Below are positions 13,216-26,400 of a DNA stretch of 64,000 nucleotides, one piece after another (position 1 is the first letter of the stretch; each line of letters opens with the position of its first letter). Under the pieces are notes generated by a model. The model was not told the origin of the DNA and did no database searches. It saw only the letters and a program-made list of their open reading frames with translations. Made by a program: the position numbers and the translations under genes. The stretch comes from Bispira polyomma (lineage: Eukaryota), in the NCBI GenBank assembly GCA_965649765.1, contig OZ287751.1:65720001-65784000 (forward strand). Direction: 5' to 3'.

Positions 13216-14189
13216 TTTTTTTGGCGTTCTTTTTCTATCCGATAATCACACATTTGTCTGCTATGATAGATGACTCTTTTGACAAGTAATTTGATTTACT
13301 TTGACTTGGCCATTGCACTACATATCTCTCCATGGTGTTAATCACGGATTTCTGACAAAGCAAATGTTATTTTTTCTATTAGCCACCAGTCTTTTTCTCC
13401 CGTGTGATTAGATACAATTGTGTTCTTTAGTTAAATCTAAATGTTTATTGATTCCTCAGACAGTGAGTTTTCCCACCACAGTCTAAAGACACATATTACA
13501 CAACCCTAATCTGGGACATATCAAGAGAATTTGCCAAGGAATCAAAAGAGGAAAAATCAGTTACTACCTTAAGGAAAAGACTGTTTACGTGGGAAGATGT
13601 ACCACCAACGATTTGTCGCAAATGTCAAAGTTGACTGTAAAAGCTGAATTTGTCACCGGAATAGCCATTTTTTTGGCTTGAAATGAATAGTGGTAGAGTT
13701 CTGTTTCAACATAGGGAGGGAGGAGGTCACTTCAACACCAATAACTTGAAATGTAAAAAGTAATTACAGAGTTTGGACAAAGTATACATATAACCTTAGG
13801 TCGTTGAAACAGTTTTTCATACTAATTCAGTGACAATTTAATTTCTATATTTGCCTAATTTTAGCAAATCCACATATTTTTTTCCACTTTAACCCCCCCA
13901 AAATTTTCAAGAATGATCATCATTTGATATTTAACCATACAAATTGCCCTTGACTTGTGACACAATCCAATACAACATTGTGAACTATGTTTTAGGGGCT
14001 GTATTTACTTAGTCCTTAGTGAACTATGTTTCTGTAGTACATGAAATAGTTTTCAATAATACATTACTAAATTTATAAAATTTGCATCGTCCAAATCTGT
14101 TCGGCACAATCCTAGTAGTACTGTGTCTTTTCTATATATAAAGCAAGTCTAAAACAATTGACAAAACTTGTACAGAACTGTAGCTATAT

Positions 14190-14492
14190 AAGAGTACATT
14201 ATAATACCTTGTATCAAAGGTTCAAACACGATAGAGTACATTATGACACAGTGTATCAAAGGTTCAAACACGATAGAGAATATTATGACACAGTGTATCA
14301 AAGGTTCAAACACGATAGAGAATATTATGACACAGTGTATCAAAGGTTCAAACATGATAGAGTGCATTATGACACAGGGTATCAGAGGTGAAACACAATA
14401 GAGTACATTATGACACAGTGTATTATAGGTTCAAACACGATAGAGTACATTAGGACACCGAGTATCAAAGGTGAGACATGAGTACATTACGA
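14190..14492. repeat. 42-bp minisatellite, about 7 copies
   Basis: Unit gtatcaaaggttcaaacacgatagagtacattatgacacagt; it explains the repetitive ORFs at 14149-14391. Confidence 0.9.
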
Positions 14493-15351
14493 CATTACAA
14501 CCCTCACAAACAAGCGTGCCATAAAGTGTAACTATAAATAGGACGCCCTGTTAAGAGTAGCTGCAACATATGAAAAGAAACAGGATAGCATAGAAGAACA
14601 CACATTAGCATGTGTAATGTCCACCCCATGAACCTTTTGGAACAATTGCACAGTAGTCTTACAGGACTGTTTTGTTTGTAAAATATATCAACAATGCTCC
14701 AAAATTTATTACTATACATGTAAATTATTTCAACTGCAAGGACAAAATGTCATCGGACAAAATACCGAGGGGACAAAACGGCAGTCAAAATTGCAAGGGG
14801 GACAAAATGCTGTCTAACTAAATGGTACATAACACATTTACACAAGCACTGCCTAGTAGTGTACATCATGTAACAGATTCCTGAAAAAAGCCCATCAGAA
14901 AAAATGTCCATCAAGTGAATCACATCAGCAAAAAATCCCATCAGGAAAATTGGCCATCAGCTAAAGTGATGGGTGGGAAAATCGGCCATCAATTTTGCAA
15001 AATTTCTTCACAACAGATAATTTAACTATTATTTATAAAAATCTGATGTAAGGTAATGATAAACTACATTTACAATTGATTAAGGTCCACTTTTATTTCA
15101 GGTTTATGTATAAGTTTCATAAGTTTATTTATTTAAATCAAAGGAATAGTGCATAAATTTCATGTTATTTTATTTGTACCAAAAGAAGGGTTCATAAGTT
15201 TCCTAATTTTTTATTTACAACAAAGGAAGGGTGTATGTGGTGTGTCTACTCAGGCGAGATCAAGAAAAAGCTATTGTTCGTTGTATAATCTGTGCGTGAA
15301 TTCTTTGAAAGCTCAGAAGAAATCAATTGATGGGCAGTGTGTGAGAGTAAC

Positions 15352-16607
15352 AACAAATTGCTCTATCTCGCATGGTTCAGGAGATAGAAGCAAATTTGTG
15401 TTTTTCCAGTTTTGGCAAAAATTCGAAAATTCAAAATGGCCGCCATTTTTGGGGAGAGGAAAATTTTTTGAAAATTGCCTATGGTACATCTTTTAGATCC
15501 ACTGTGGGTCGAAAATTTTGACGAAATCGCTCTATCTCGCACGGTTAAGGAGATAGAAGCAAATTTGTGTTTTTCCATTTTTGGCAAAAATTCGAAAATT
15601 CAAAATGGCCGCCATTTTTGGGGAGAGGAAATTTTTTGAAAATTGCCAATAGTACATTTCTTAGATAGTCTGTGGGTCGAAAATTTCGACGAAATCGCTC
15701 TATCTCGCACGGTTAAGGAGATAGAAGCAAATTTGTGTTTTTCCATTTTTGGCAAAAATTCGAAAAATCAAAATGGCCGCCATTTTTGGGGAGAGGAAAA
15801 CTTTTTGAAAATAGCCAATAGTACATTGATTAGATACCCTGTGAGTCTAAAATCTCAACGAAATCGCTCTATCTCGCACGGTTAAGGAGATAGAAGCAAA
15901 TTTGTGTTTTTCCAGTTTTGGCAAAAATTCGAAAATTCAAAATGGCTGCCATTTTTGGGGAGAGGAAAACTTTTTGAAAATTGCCTATAGTACATTGCTA
16001 AGATACCCTGTAGGTCGAAAATTTTGACGAAATCGCTCTATCTCACACGGTTAAGGAGATAGAAGCAAATTTGTGTTTTTCCATTTTTGGCAATAATTAG
16101 AAATTTTTTTTCAAAATTACTAAGAGTACATTGATTAGATACTCTGAGGGTCGAAAATTTCGACGAAATCGCTCTATCTCGCACGGTTAAGGAGATAGAC
16201 ATATTTATGTTTTTTGCTATGTAGCTATTACTACTAAAAGTAGCTAAGTAGCCATTGCTGAGTCAGTTATATAGCTATTATCACTAAAAGCAATCCCAAG
16301 CAAGCTATTGGCCTAACTATTGGTCATACCAAATTTGGTAAAGATATGTCAAATATTTTTCCTTAAAATTCCCGGAAACAAAAGAAGTACATAAAAGTAA
16401 GTAAGTAGCTATTACTCAGTTAGCTATGGAGCTATCTTCACCAAAAGCAATCCCATGCAAGCTATTAACCCAATAAACACCCATACCAAATTTGGTAAAC
16501 ATAGGATAAATACTTTTCCTTGAAATGACCGGAAACCAAACGTGACGGACGGCAGACGCCGGAAAAAGCAAAAATAATATGTCCACCCCCCACTGAGGTG
16601 GACATAA
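15352..16607 (+). mobile_element. Non-autonomous Helentron/HINE-like element with internal ~170-bp satellite (~5 copies)
   Basis: Repeats cgctctatctcgcacggttaaggagatagaagcaaatttgtg... at 15360-16200, a GACG microsatellite remnant near 16543, and a terminal hairpin TATGTCCACC..GGTGGACATA at 16578-16606. Family assigned from architecture only. Confidence 0.7.
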
Positions 16608-17085
16608 CTACCACAATAGTGGACGTTCTACTCTGTATTATGTAATAACTATAAAAACTATTTTCTGCAGTATAAAGCTTGCAAGCTTACCCTACCATTT
16701 TAAACTGATATTTATCGTTGTTCTACATATGACTTTCTTTACTGGACTACAATATAGAAGCTATCTTCAGTAGTTTTCCTTGAAATGAGTGTTTATGATT
16801 TTTTAATTGGCAGCTACGGCAGCCACCTTTGTTGCATTTGGCCCTAAAACCTGCCAAAGCATGCTATACACATGTTAAACCAATGTATTATACTTGGTGA
16901 GGATATCTAGAGTAATTTTTCATTAAATGAGTGGAAACTGTTTTTACGTTGATGACAGCCATCGTTTTCCTCAGAAATCAGTGCCTAAATCAATGCCAAG
17001 CAGGCCATGTCCTTGACAACCTGTGTATTAAATTGGGGGAAGATATCTGTAATTGTTTTCTTCCAAATGACCAGAAAACACACTT

Positions 17086-17456
17086 CTGTTCTATGTACCT
17101 CACACCTTACCTCCTCTGTTGACTGTTTTATCTATCTCACACCTTACCTCCTCTGTTGGCTGTTTTATGTATATGACACCTTGCCTCCTCTGTCAGCTGT
17201 TCTATCTATCTCACACTTACCTTCTCTGTTGGCTGTTCTACCTATCTCATACTTTACATCCTCTATTGGCTGTTCTATCTATCACACACCTTACCTCCTC
17301 TCTCGCTGTTCTATCTATCTCACACCTTACCTCCTCTGTTGGCTGTTCTATCTATCTCACACCTTACCTTCTCTGTTGGCTGTTCTATCTATCTCACACC
17401 TTACCTTCTCTGTTGGCTGTTCTATCTATCTCACACCTTACCTCCTCTGTTGGCTG
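17086..17456 (-). repeat. Tandem array (37 bp unit) spanning the ANAPC2 exon 10 donor
   Basis: Unit CAGCCAACAGAGGAG/GTAAGGTGTGAGATAGATAGAA. Donors at 17441 (real), 17404, 17367, 17330, 17294, 17257, 17220, 17184 (GC variant), 17147, 17110. Confidence 0.95.
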
Positions 17457-20400
17457 CTGCTGGCCTTTATTCTCCTTTTCTTTCTTCTCTGCCATGTTGG
17501 TATTCAGCCTCTTCGAGTCAGCCACATCTTTTAACATCACCTCACAGGAGTGAAGCTGTGTCTCTCCAAACCTGTGGTAAAATATATCTGTTACCATAAC
17601 ACATGTAGACACCTGTACAAGACTGTATTGTATTAAAATTTATACTCAGTGCAATTATCTACCTTTATCTGGTATTTAAAAAAAGCTAATTACCATTTTT
17701 TCACTGTTAACAGCCAACCAGCAAGAGTTACCTATCATTCCCCAAACTTAAGCGATAGGCTTGAGAATAATTATTTACCAATGTCCCAAAGAGCTTTAGC
17801 CTGCCACTGGGGAAAAGGCACAATGACCCAATCACATAGGGCAGCCATATTTAGTGGTAATCTAAGCCACTATGTATCTGCCTGTACTCATTCGCCCCAG
17901 ACTTGGATCAAACATGCGTCATCTGTGTTCCTGAGTGAGTGTGTTACCCACTGGTCAAAGTGGTGGATAAATTAGGTCTAGGGTGCATACTTGCACACTA
18001 TTACACACTGGGTATTCAACGAGCATTCGAGACTCACTGAAAGACTCCATTTTACTAGGAATCGTGTTCATATTTCCAACTTCATTCCTCAAAAGTAATG
18101 GGTTATCACTCACGCAATGTTCAATATACATAAGAATGATCACACACCTGAGTTTGAGTAGTTCTGGGTAACACACCTGTATCTTGTTACACACCTGAGT
18201 TTGAGTAGTTCTGGGTAACACACCTGTACTTTGTTATACACCTGAGTTTAAGTAGTTCTGGGTAACACACCTGTACTTTGTTATACACCTGAGTTTAAGT
18301 AGTTCTGGGTAACACACCTGTACCTTGTTACACACCTAAGTTTAAGTAGTTCTGGGTAACACCCCTGTACTTTGTTACACACCTGAGTTTGAGTAGTTCT
18401 GGATAACACACCTGTACCTTGTTACACACCTGAGTTTGAGTAGTTCTGGGTAACACACCTGTACCTTGTTACACATCTGAGTTTGAGTAGTTCTGGGTAA
18501 CACACCTGTACCTTCTTACCCACCTGAGTTTGAGTAGCTCCAGGTAGCGTATTTCTTTCTCTGTATCGTAGTTAAAGTGTGTGAGTATCCTGTCAGCCAG
18601 TAGAGTCTGGTACTCGGTCACAAACAGCTCCTTACTGCCGTAAATGTTCACCAACATACTGATGATGTCAGAGCTACGACGACTGGACGACTTCACTGCA
18701 AACAACACAATAGATCACAAATTTATAATGATGTAGTGTTATTGCTGGTACTAATGAGCAAATTGGTTATGAATCGTGAGATCGATGTTAAACACGAAAA
18801 TATATCAATATCAGCTGATATCAGTGTAAATTGCAGAGTTACTAATAAGCTATGTTCTTTTTTATTGCCACCAGGACCTGAAGGCCAAAATTTTACCATC
18901 TTTGGTCAAATCATCAGGCCCAAATCTTAGATTTAAGATTAAAACTCTGCTAAGACCTTAAAAGAATATTAGGTCTGTATTCTAAGAATATTCGCGCATA
19001 TGACCCCATTTAAGCCTTCTATAGTGTCATCATGTGCTGTTTTGTACTAAAATGGAATATATTGTCTACCATTAAGAGCGGAAAATTTTTTTTCAATAAA
19101 AAAAAAATGGTTTAAAAAAACTTTAAAAAGTTAAAAATGCTCCACTTTTTTTTTAGTGATTTAAATCAATTGAATCAAAAACAACCCTGATGGAATGTTA
19201 ATGAATATTTGTCACGTACATGGATCAGCATCCACAGGATCCGGCTGCCAGTTCTCCCAGTCACTCGTATCATCATCGCTATGGTAACTCTCATCTAAGA
19301 CTAGAGGCTGAGCTTTCACCAACTCATCACTGAGTTCTGTGTTACCATCTTCTGTCAGGGAGGAGACGATACAGCGGACAGTGTCCTCACGATGTCTAAA
19401 GGGATGGACAGAAGGTATTAAAAACATACATACAGAAAACAGTGTCCTTACAATGTCTGAAGGATAGACAGAAGGTATTAAAAACATACATACAGCAAAC
19501 AGTGTCCTCACAATGTCTGAAGGACAGACAGAAGGTATTGGACATACATACAGCAGACAGTGTCCTCATGATGTCTAAAAGGATGGACAGAAGGTATCAA
19601 ACACATACATACAGCGAACTGTGTCTGACAATGTCTAAAGGGATGGACAGAAGGTATTAGACACATACATACAGCGAACAGGTATTAGACATTTGTTTTC
19701 ACATACATACAGACTACTGTATACTCGCAAAGTCTAGAGGGATGGACAGAACGTATCAGACACATACATACAGCGAACAGTGTCCTCACGATGTCTGAAG
19801 GGTTGGACAGAAGGTATAAGACACATACATACATCAAACAGTGTCCTCACGATGTCTGTAGGGATGGACAGAAGGTATCAGACACATACGTACAGCAAAC
19901 TGTGTCTGACAATGTCTGAAGGGATGGACAGAAGGTTTAAGACACATACATACAGCCTACAGGTATGAGACATTTGTATACACATACATACACACTACTG
20001 TATACTCGCGACGTCTAGAGGGATGGACAGAAAGTATTAGACACTGCTATACACATTCATATAGCCTATTGTGTCTACTACTAAATACAGTAAAGTTCAC
20101 ATAATTACTTTAATTTGCCATGTTAGAATTAAAATAACACATTCCAAAGCATGGTATTAGGTAATTTTTACCATTCTTGGAGCGTAGAAAGACTCAGGCT
20201 TCCCTTTAGTCTTACTATGGCTTTAATCACAGTTAAAATTATGTCACAGTATAAATGTAGATTATTAGAAACTTTAGATTTACGAGAGCGAAATTGAGTG
20301 CATTGAATCATATATTTGGATAATAAAAGTTTGGACAATAGGATTTTCTAGATTTTGTTTGGATAATAGAAGAGGCCTTTTAGTGTAAAACAATAAGAAA

Positions 20401-23400
20401 ACTTTACAGTCATTTTCACAATTAAGATTTGTTGGGCTCTGAGTAGTCAATGAATATTAAAACTGCACTATCTCTAACCCACTGATTTAGGACTGGTATT
20501 CATGAGTCTGAGACTTCATGTGAATACCAGTCCTGGAGTGTTGTGGGAGACAGAGGTCATTACCTGAGGTATGTTCTGACTGGCTGACAAACTAGGTCAA
20601 GAAGAACACCCTTAGGGTCAAGGACACGCAGAGCTCTGATGGCTGAGATGTACGCTGTCAGGATGTCACCTGTGTTTACACCTGGACAGGAAATAATAAC
20701 ACATGTATGTATTAATACAGTAGACCCTCTGTTATTTAAACTTCTATTATATGTAAACATTACACTGGTGGCAAAATGGGATCTGGAAAAACTTTTCTCA
20801 TCATAGAGAGGTGTCCGCTATTCAGAGGTGTTCAGTAATTAGATTTTTTACTGTATTTTCAATTTTATCAACCAATTTTCACCTGTGTTTTCACCTGTGG
20901 AGGAGAGAAAGGATTTCAGTGATAAATATAAGAAGACTTCTATGTATTTCACAGTGGATATTCAAATCCCTTGGAAACACCAATCTCAATGCCAATCCCT
21001 TGGAAACTTCAATCACAATTCGAATCCCTTGGAAACTTCAATCACAATTCCAATCCAGTGGAACGATTGGACTTTCAAAATATTGGCTTTAAAATAAGGA
21101 TAATATTTTTCTCTAGTGGAAACTGTAATTGGAAAATCAACTAAGAACCTTTCTCTTTAGAGTGGCCTACCCCAGCACCTTAGCATTTGCTCCCCTGCCA
21201 GACGCTTTCACTGGTTAAGAGATTTTTCTTGTATTTTAAGGATAATCAGTTCTTGGACAACAACACCTGAGAGGATGCATTATATCAATCTGGCACTGTA
21301 CAAATTTATTAATAACATGCATTCATTGACCAATAAATTGGTTACATATCTTTCATGCAATGTAACAAAACAAGAAACATTAAATTATACGTGGACAGAT
21401 TTTATCATAAAAACAGGCCCACGAAAACAGACATCCAGTGACTAGCTACATGAGTAATATTCCAAAATTTTATCAAATTTTTATCAGTTTTTGTATAATC
21501 CTAACATAATATTGAGATTTTCGCAGATCTCGCCAGTTGGAGCTGTACTGTATGCAGGAATGAGGCGATAGATTTTATCAATGGAAAAGTGTAGTACTTC
21601 CTTGGTTAATGAATGAAAGTGGGCACAGCTTATATATATCTATCAGCAATTATGTAATATAGACATTTTCGTCACTTTCTATGCTGTGCCCAACTCGATA
21701 AAAATACTAATACTAGATTTACCCGGGTGCAAGAGTCGTGTCTCCAAAGCAGTCCTCAAAGATGTGACCAGTGAACTGCGAAGGTTAATCTTCTCCAGAC
21801 AAGCCTTGAGATCCAGTAAGGCTGGCTCTGACTCTGGATACTCAATGATGATGTCAAACAACTGGCCAATACAGAGCTAGGGAGTACACAGAAAGAGATA
21901 ATGTCTCAACGCCATTCACAGTTGTGTTCACATACATAGCCAGTGCAGTAACTTTCTTTAGTAGATATTCTAAATGTTAAGTTACCTTTTTTTGACTGCA
22001 CAGTACACATAGGGTACCTAGTGGGAGGAGGTTATGAAACCACAATAGAAAAGTTCCACTCTATATGTTCCACCCATGTACTCATTGTACTGAAAACCCA
22101 CAGTACTTGGCAAACTTTCTGAAATAACGTAAAGCAATGGGAAAGGGGAAGAGGTAAGTAACTATTACATCACTGTGGTCCCTAAAATACAGATGCTTAA
22201 AGATTACAACTAATCAGTAACAACAAGATTTTTTAACCTGCCACTGGGGGATAGGACTCAATTACGGAGAACATAACCTTCTCAAGTGATCCTTTCTAAC
22301 TGCTATGAATCCAAATCATAATGTACTTGGGAATCCCCAGGCTGGGATCAAAACCATGTCGTATTAGGATGGAACAAAACCTTACCTTTTGGCACAAGGT
22401 TACAGATAGCGAAAGTGACTATAACACCCAACAAAATAATTTTGCCATTAAATAACTACCTCATGTATAATTTCTTAAACATGGAAGTATGCTGTACTAA
22501 CAATTACCTATTGTGAGGAATTAAAAGAAAATAAACCAATATTTTGAGGGTTGTTGACTGCTTGCTGAAAGACATAGGTTCTGGTGGTAACAATTGCCGT
22601 TGACTGGTTACGGACAACCTTAGGATCTTACCTTAGCAAAGAGCTGGTACATGTAGTGTATGAGTCTTCCTCTGTGAGCCTGTACTACAGTGGGGTCTGT
22701 GTTACCATACACCAGTCCTAGCCAGCCCACCACCTTACTGTCTAACCACTAAATAGACAACAGAAAACACAACATGTGGTGCATATGCGTGTCGGTTAAA
22801 TACGGGCCCCGTACTATATGCTAGTACTTATTTAAAACTGTTTTACTGATACCTTATATATAAGTTAACATTATTCATCAAATGGAAGATAGATCAAACA
22901 CAATAATCGCGATTCAGCTGTATATGGAGTGTAATTGTGTATTACATGGTAAAAGGTGCAAATTAATTAGGAACACTATAATTATAGTTATAAACATTAC
23001 TACAATAGGACCTGTATTATCCCAACATGTTTGGACTGTAAGATATTGTTTGTGTTTGGACTGTAAGATATTGTTTGGATAACAGAAGTTAGTAATAGAA
23101 AGAGTAATCTTAGTCTTAAGCAATAGGAAAATAATATAAATGTGGGAGAGTGAAACTTAGTTTGTAAAATTGAGAATATTTGAATAACAAAGGTTCTACT
23201 GATTAAAGATTAAACTTCTACTAAAACCTTGTATTTTAATAATAAAATATTGGGACTTAGAATATAGTTCCATATATCAAGTTATAGTTAATCGAGTTAC
23301 AGAGAGGCTACTGTATTTTAATACCAAGGGAGCATATTGTTAAACGTATACTCAGCTTAAACTCATACTCAACTTAAATCTTGATAAATCTCTAAAACCT

Positions 23401-26400
23401 GGATACAGAAAACATATCCAAAATCAGACTTCATATTAAAATTCAGTGTTGAAAGCTCTATTAAAACGAATGGTCACAAGTACAGGTTATTGCCATGCAC
23501 AAGGATTTCCACATAACCTATATTTAAGTTGAGTACAAAACATCAGTAAATTTTGAGAATGCCAGCCCAGAAGTTCAGATAACGGAGAATCTACTGTATA
23601 TTACACACACACACCTGCTGTAATATAGTTAGGTACTGCTTCTCAAAGTTCCCCTGACACGTGTGCTCGACATGTTGTTGTATACGAGCGTGGATGTGTG
23701 ATGTTACAGCCTCCCCAGATACACACTCCAGTAGACCAAGCTCACGTCTGCACAAAAACAGTATAAACAAGCAAATTCAGAGAATCGTTTTCCCCCATTT
23801 TGGGTGAAATCCATCACAGGGTATGGTCAGCAGCACCAACACAAAGTCAAAAAATTTGCACTAAAAAAACAGTTGCCATTAAAACAACTTGGGGATTCAT
23901 TAGATCTTACTCTGGGTAAGGGAGTTGGTCTGATGATCAGAAGGTCTAGGTATATACTTACAGCCACAGTGTTCAGTATGACCTCTAACTCCAAGTATGA
24001 CCTCTAAGTATATACTTACAGCCCCTGGTTGAGGTGGTAGAACGTGTTCAGTATGACCTCTAAGTATGACCTCTAAGTGTATACTTACAGCCTCTGGTTG
24101 GGGTGGTAGAATATGGTCAGTATGACCTCTAAGTGTATACTTACAGCCTCTGGTTGAGGTGGTAGAATGTGGTCAGTATGACCTCTAAGTATATACTTAC
24201 AGACTCTTGTTGAGGTGGTAGAATGTGGTCAGTATGACCTATAAGTATATACTTACAGCCTCTGGTTGAGGTGGTAGAAAGTGTTCAGTATGACCTCCAA
24301 GTATATACTTACAGCCTCTAGTTGAGGTGGTAGAATGTGTTCAGTATGACCTCTGAGTATGACCTCTATAAGTATATACTTACAGCCTCTGGTTGAGTTG
24401 ATAGAATGTGTTCAGTATGACCTATAAGTATGACCTCTATAAGTATATACTTACAACCTCTGGTTGAGGTGGTAGAACGTGTTCAGTATGACCTCTATAA
24501 GTATATACTTACAGCCTCTGGTTAAGGTGGCAGAATGTGTTCAGTATGACCTCTATAAGTATATACTTACAGCCTCTGGTTGAGGTGGTAGAATGTATTC
24601 AGTATGACCTCACAGTGACACTTCTCTCTCTCCTCCTCACAACCCTCACAGCGTAAACACTCCACCTCAGACTCATCCAGGTCTGAAAGTACATTGTAAA
24701 TAGTGAAGTAGGAGGGATGAGGGGCATTTTCTATAGCATAGGTGTGACAAGGGGGGAAGCTAAACACTCTATATCTGCATTATCTTAAATATAGGTGTGA
24801 CAAGGTGTAAGGTTGCTGTGATTAAATGAAGTACAGGGGTAGAGGTGAGGGGAGTTAAACAATAACTAGTTGTCTCAGGAAATAGAAAGCTAAATATAGG
24901 ATTCCTGAAGTAAAGATTTGGTAAGTTACACATTGGAGACATGCGATTAACTGAAGTACAAGTGCAAGTCATTAGGGAGCTAATCATTACATTACTTTGA
25001 TTACGTGAAGTACAGCTGTGACAAGATGGGTGAGCTAATACAGGATGTCCCCAATTACCTTAAGCTTAAATCATCTAAAATGCATATCATGCTATGTTCA
25101 CAGCTGTTGACATCTAAAACATGAAAGAGCAACTCTAACATATAGGACACATATACTTACATAAAGTCATAAACTATCACTTGAATTTTTTCTAAACATA
25201 TTCAAATGTGTCTCTACCTTTTCATATTACATTATTATATCATTGAAACACCCTTTTTACTTATTAAAGGCTGACAGTTTGCACACCTTAATCCTTGCAC
25301 CCTTTTATCCTTACCTGTGTGTGACTTTGTATTGTTGTCATACGCCTTAAACGAAAGTACATAGAAGTTGTTCAACGCGTCTATGAAGTGTTTATTGGCC
25401 TGGTAGAATACCACAGACTTCAGTAGGAGCATGATGTGCTTGTTTGGGTCTACATAGGGTAGGGCAGATGTGCAGGGCATATCTGTGATGTTCGAGGCAA
25501 TGTAGTTCTGTAGTACTCCCAGCCTCTGGACAGACGCCCAGTATTTGTCAACTTCGGAGAGCAGCTCATCGAAGGCAGTACTGAGCTGAGACACAACATC
25601 CTCCACTGGACTGCTAAAATGTCTCCAAAACTTGGGATGGAGCTCTGATGTCATCTTGTGCTGCAGCGTTTGGAGAAACCACTCGGTAATCACAGAGGCC
25701 ATCTGGTTTTCACACAATACATCAACAGCATGTTGTAACTCTGCTGTCTGCAAAAAAAGTGGGAGAAAAAAACCTTTTACAAATTATGTTAGCATAAAAT
25801 ATATATAGATAAGGATTTAAAAAATAGACACAATATTATAAATAGGACAGCGATGGTTGCAAAAAATTAAGGTCAGCTAGTTATTTGCCACGAGCGAATT
25901 ACTTGTATTGGCTCTGAATAGTTGTTAAATATTTTAAAATTGTTTATGCTACTGAAAAGCTGCTACAACTTAGTCATGATTTCCCCACTTCTAACTGTAC
26001 TTTGACTTGTGCTCAATAAGGTTTTATCTGGGTTTAGCACAATTTATTGGATTTTGTACCTTCAATCAATAGCAATAGTTCAGGAAAATTCTACTTGTAA
26101 TTGATAAAATGCCATGTCGGAAATGTTTTACCTTAATTTGTGTCAAAAATATGCCAAATTACAATGGTAGGCACAACTCTTTTCTCACCGGTGGCAGACT
26201 AAATAATGCCTAGAGGTGTATCAACTGATTTCGAGACATCTCACCCTGTATTCCAAAACCTGCTGTAAATTACAGGAAAGCTCGCCCTGTGATATAAGTT
26301 GCCCCAGATATTTAATTAAAGTAATATATAAGTACTGCAACATTATCACAAATATAGTTTTTACGGCCATGTTTTTACTCGAATTGTGGAAGAAAATATA

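Noticed and set aside
14190-14492. 42-bp minisatellite as a junction array or repeat protein
   Set aside because: No adjacent exon found; the one GTGAGA lacks an upstream pyrimidine tract. The ORFs arise from the 3n period. It is a counter-example showing not all arrays are junction-anchored.
15149-15885. ORFs in the satellite region
   Set aside because: Translations of a non-coding ~170-bp repeat.
16931-17599. Overlapping plus-strand ORFs up to 175 aa
   Set aside because: Antisense read-through of the 37-bp repeat and ANAPC2 exon 10.
20960-21060. ~30-bp repeat (aatcccttggaaac) in an ANAPC2 intron
   Set aside because: Ordinary mid-intron minisatellite about 280 nt from the nearest exon.
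17086-24611. Arrays as CRISPR-like loci
   Set aside because: Head-to-tail repeats without unique spacers, eukaryotic introns, no cas genes.
24690-25050. Faint repeats upstream of the ANAPC2 exon 3 acceptor
   Set aside because: Recurring tgaagta and gtgtgacaagg words are too degenerate to show they include the junction.
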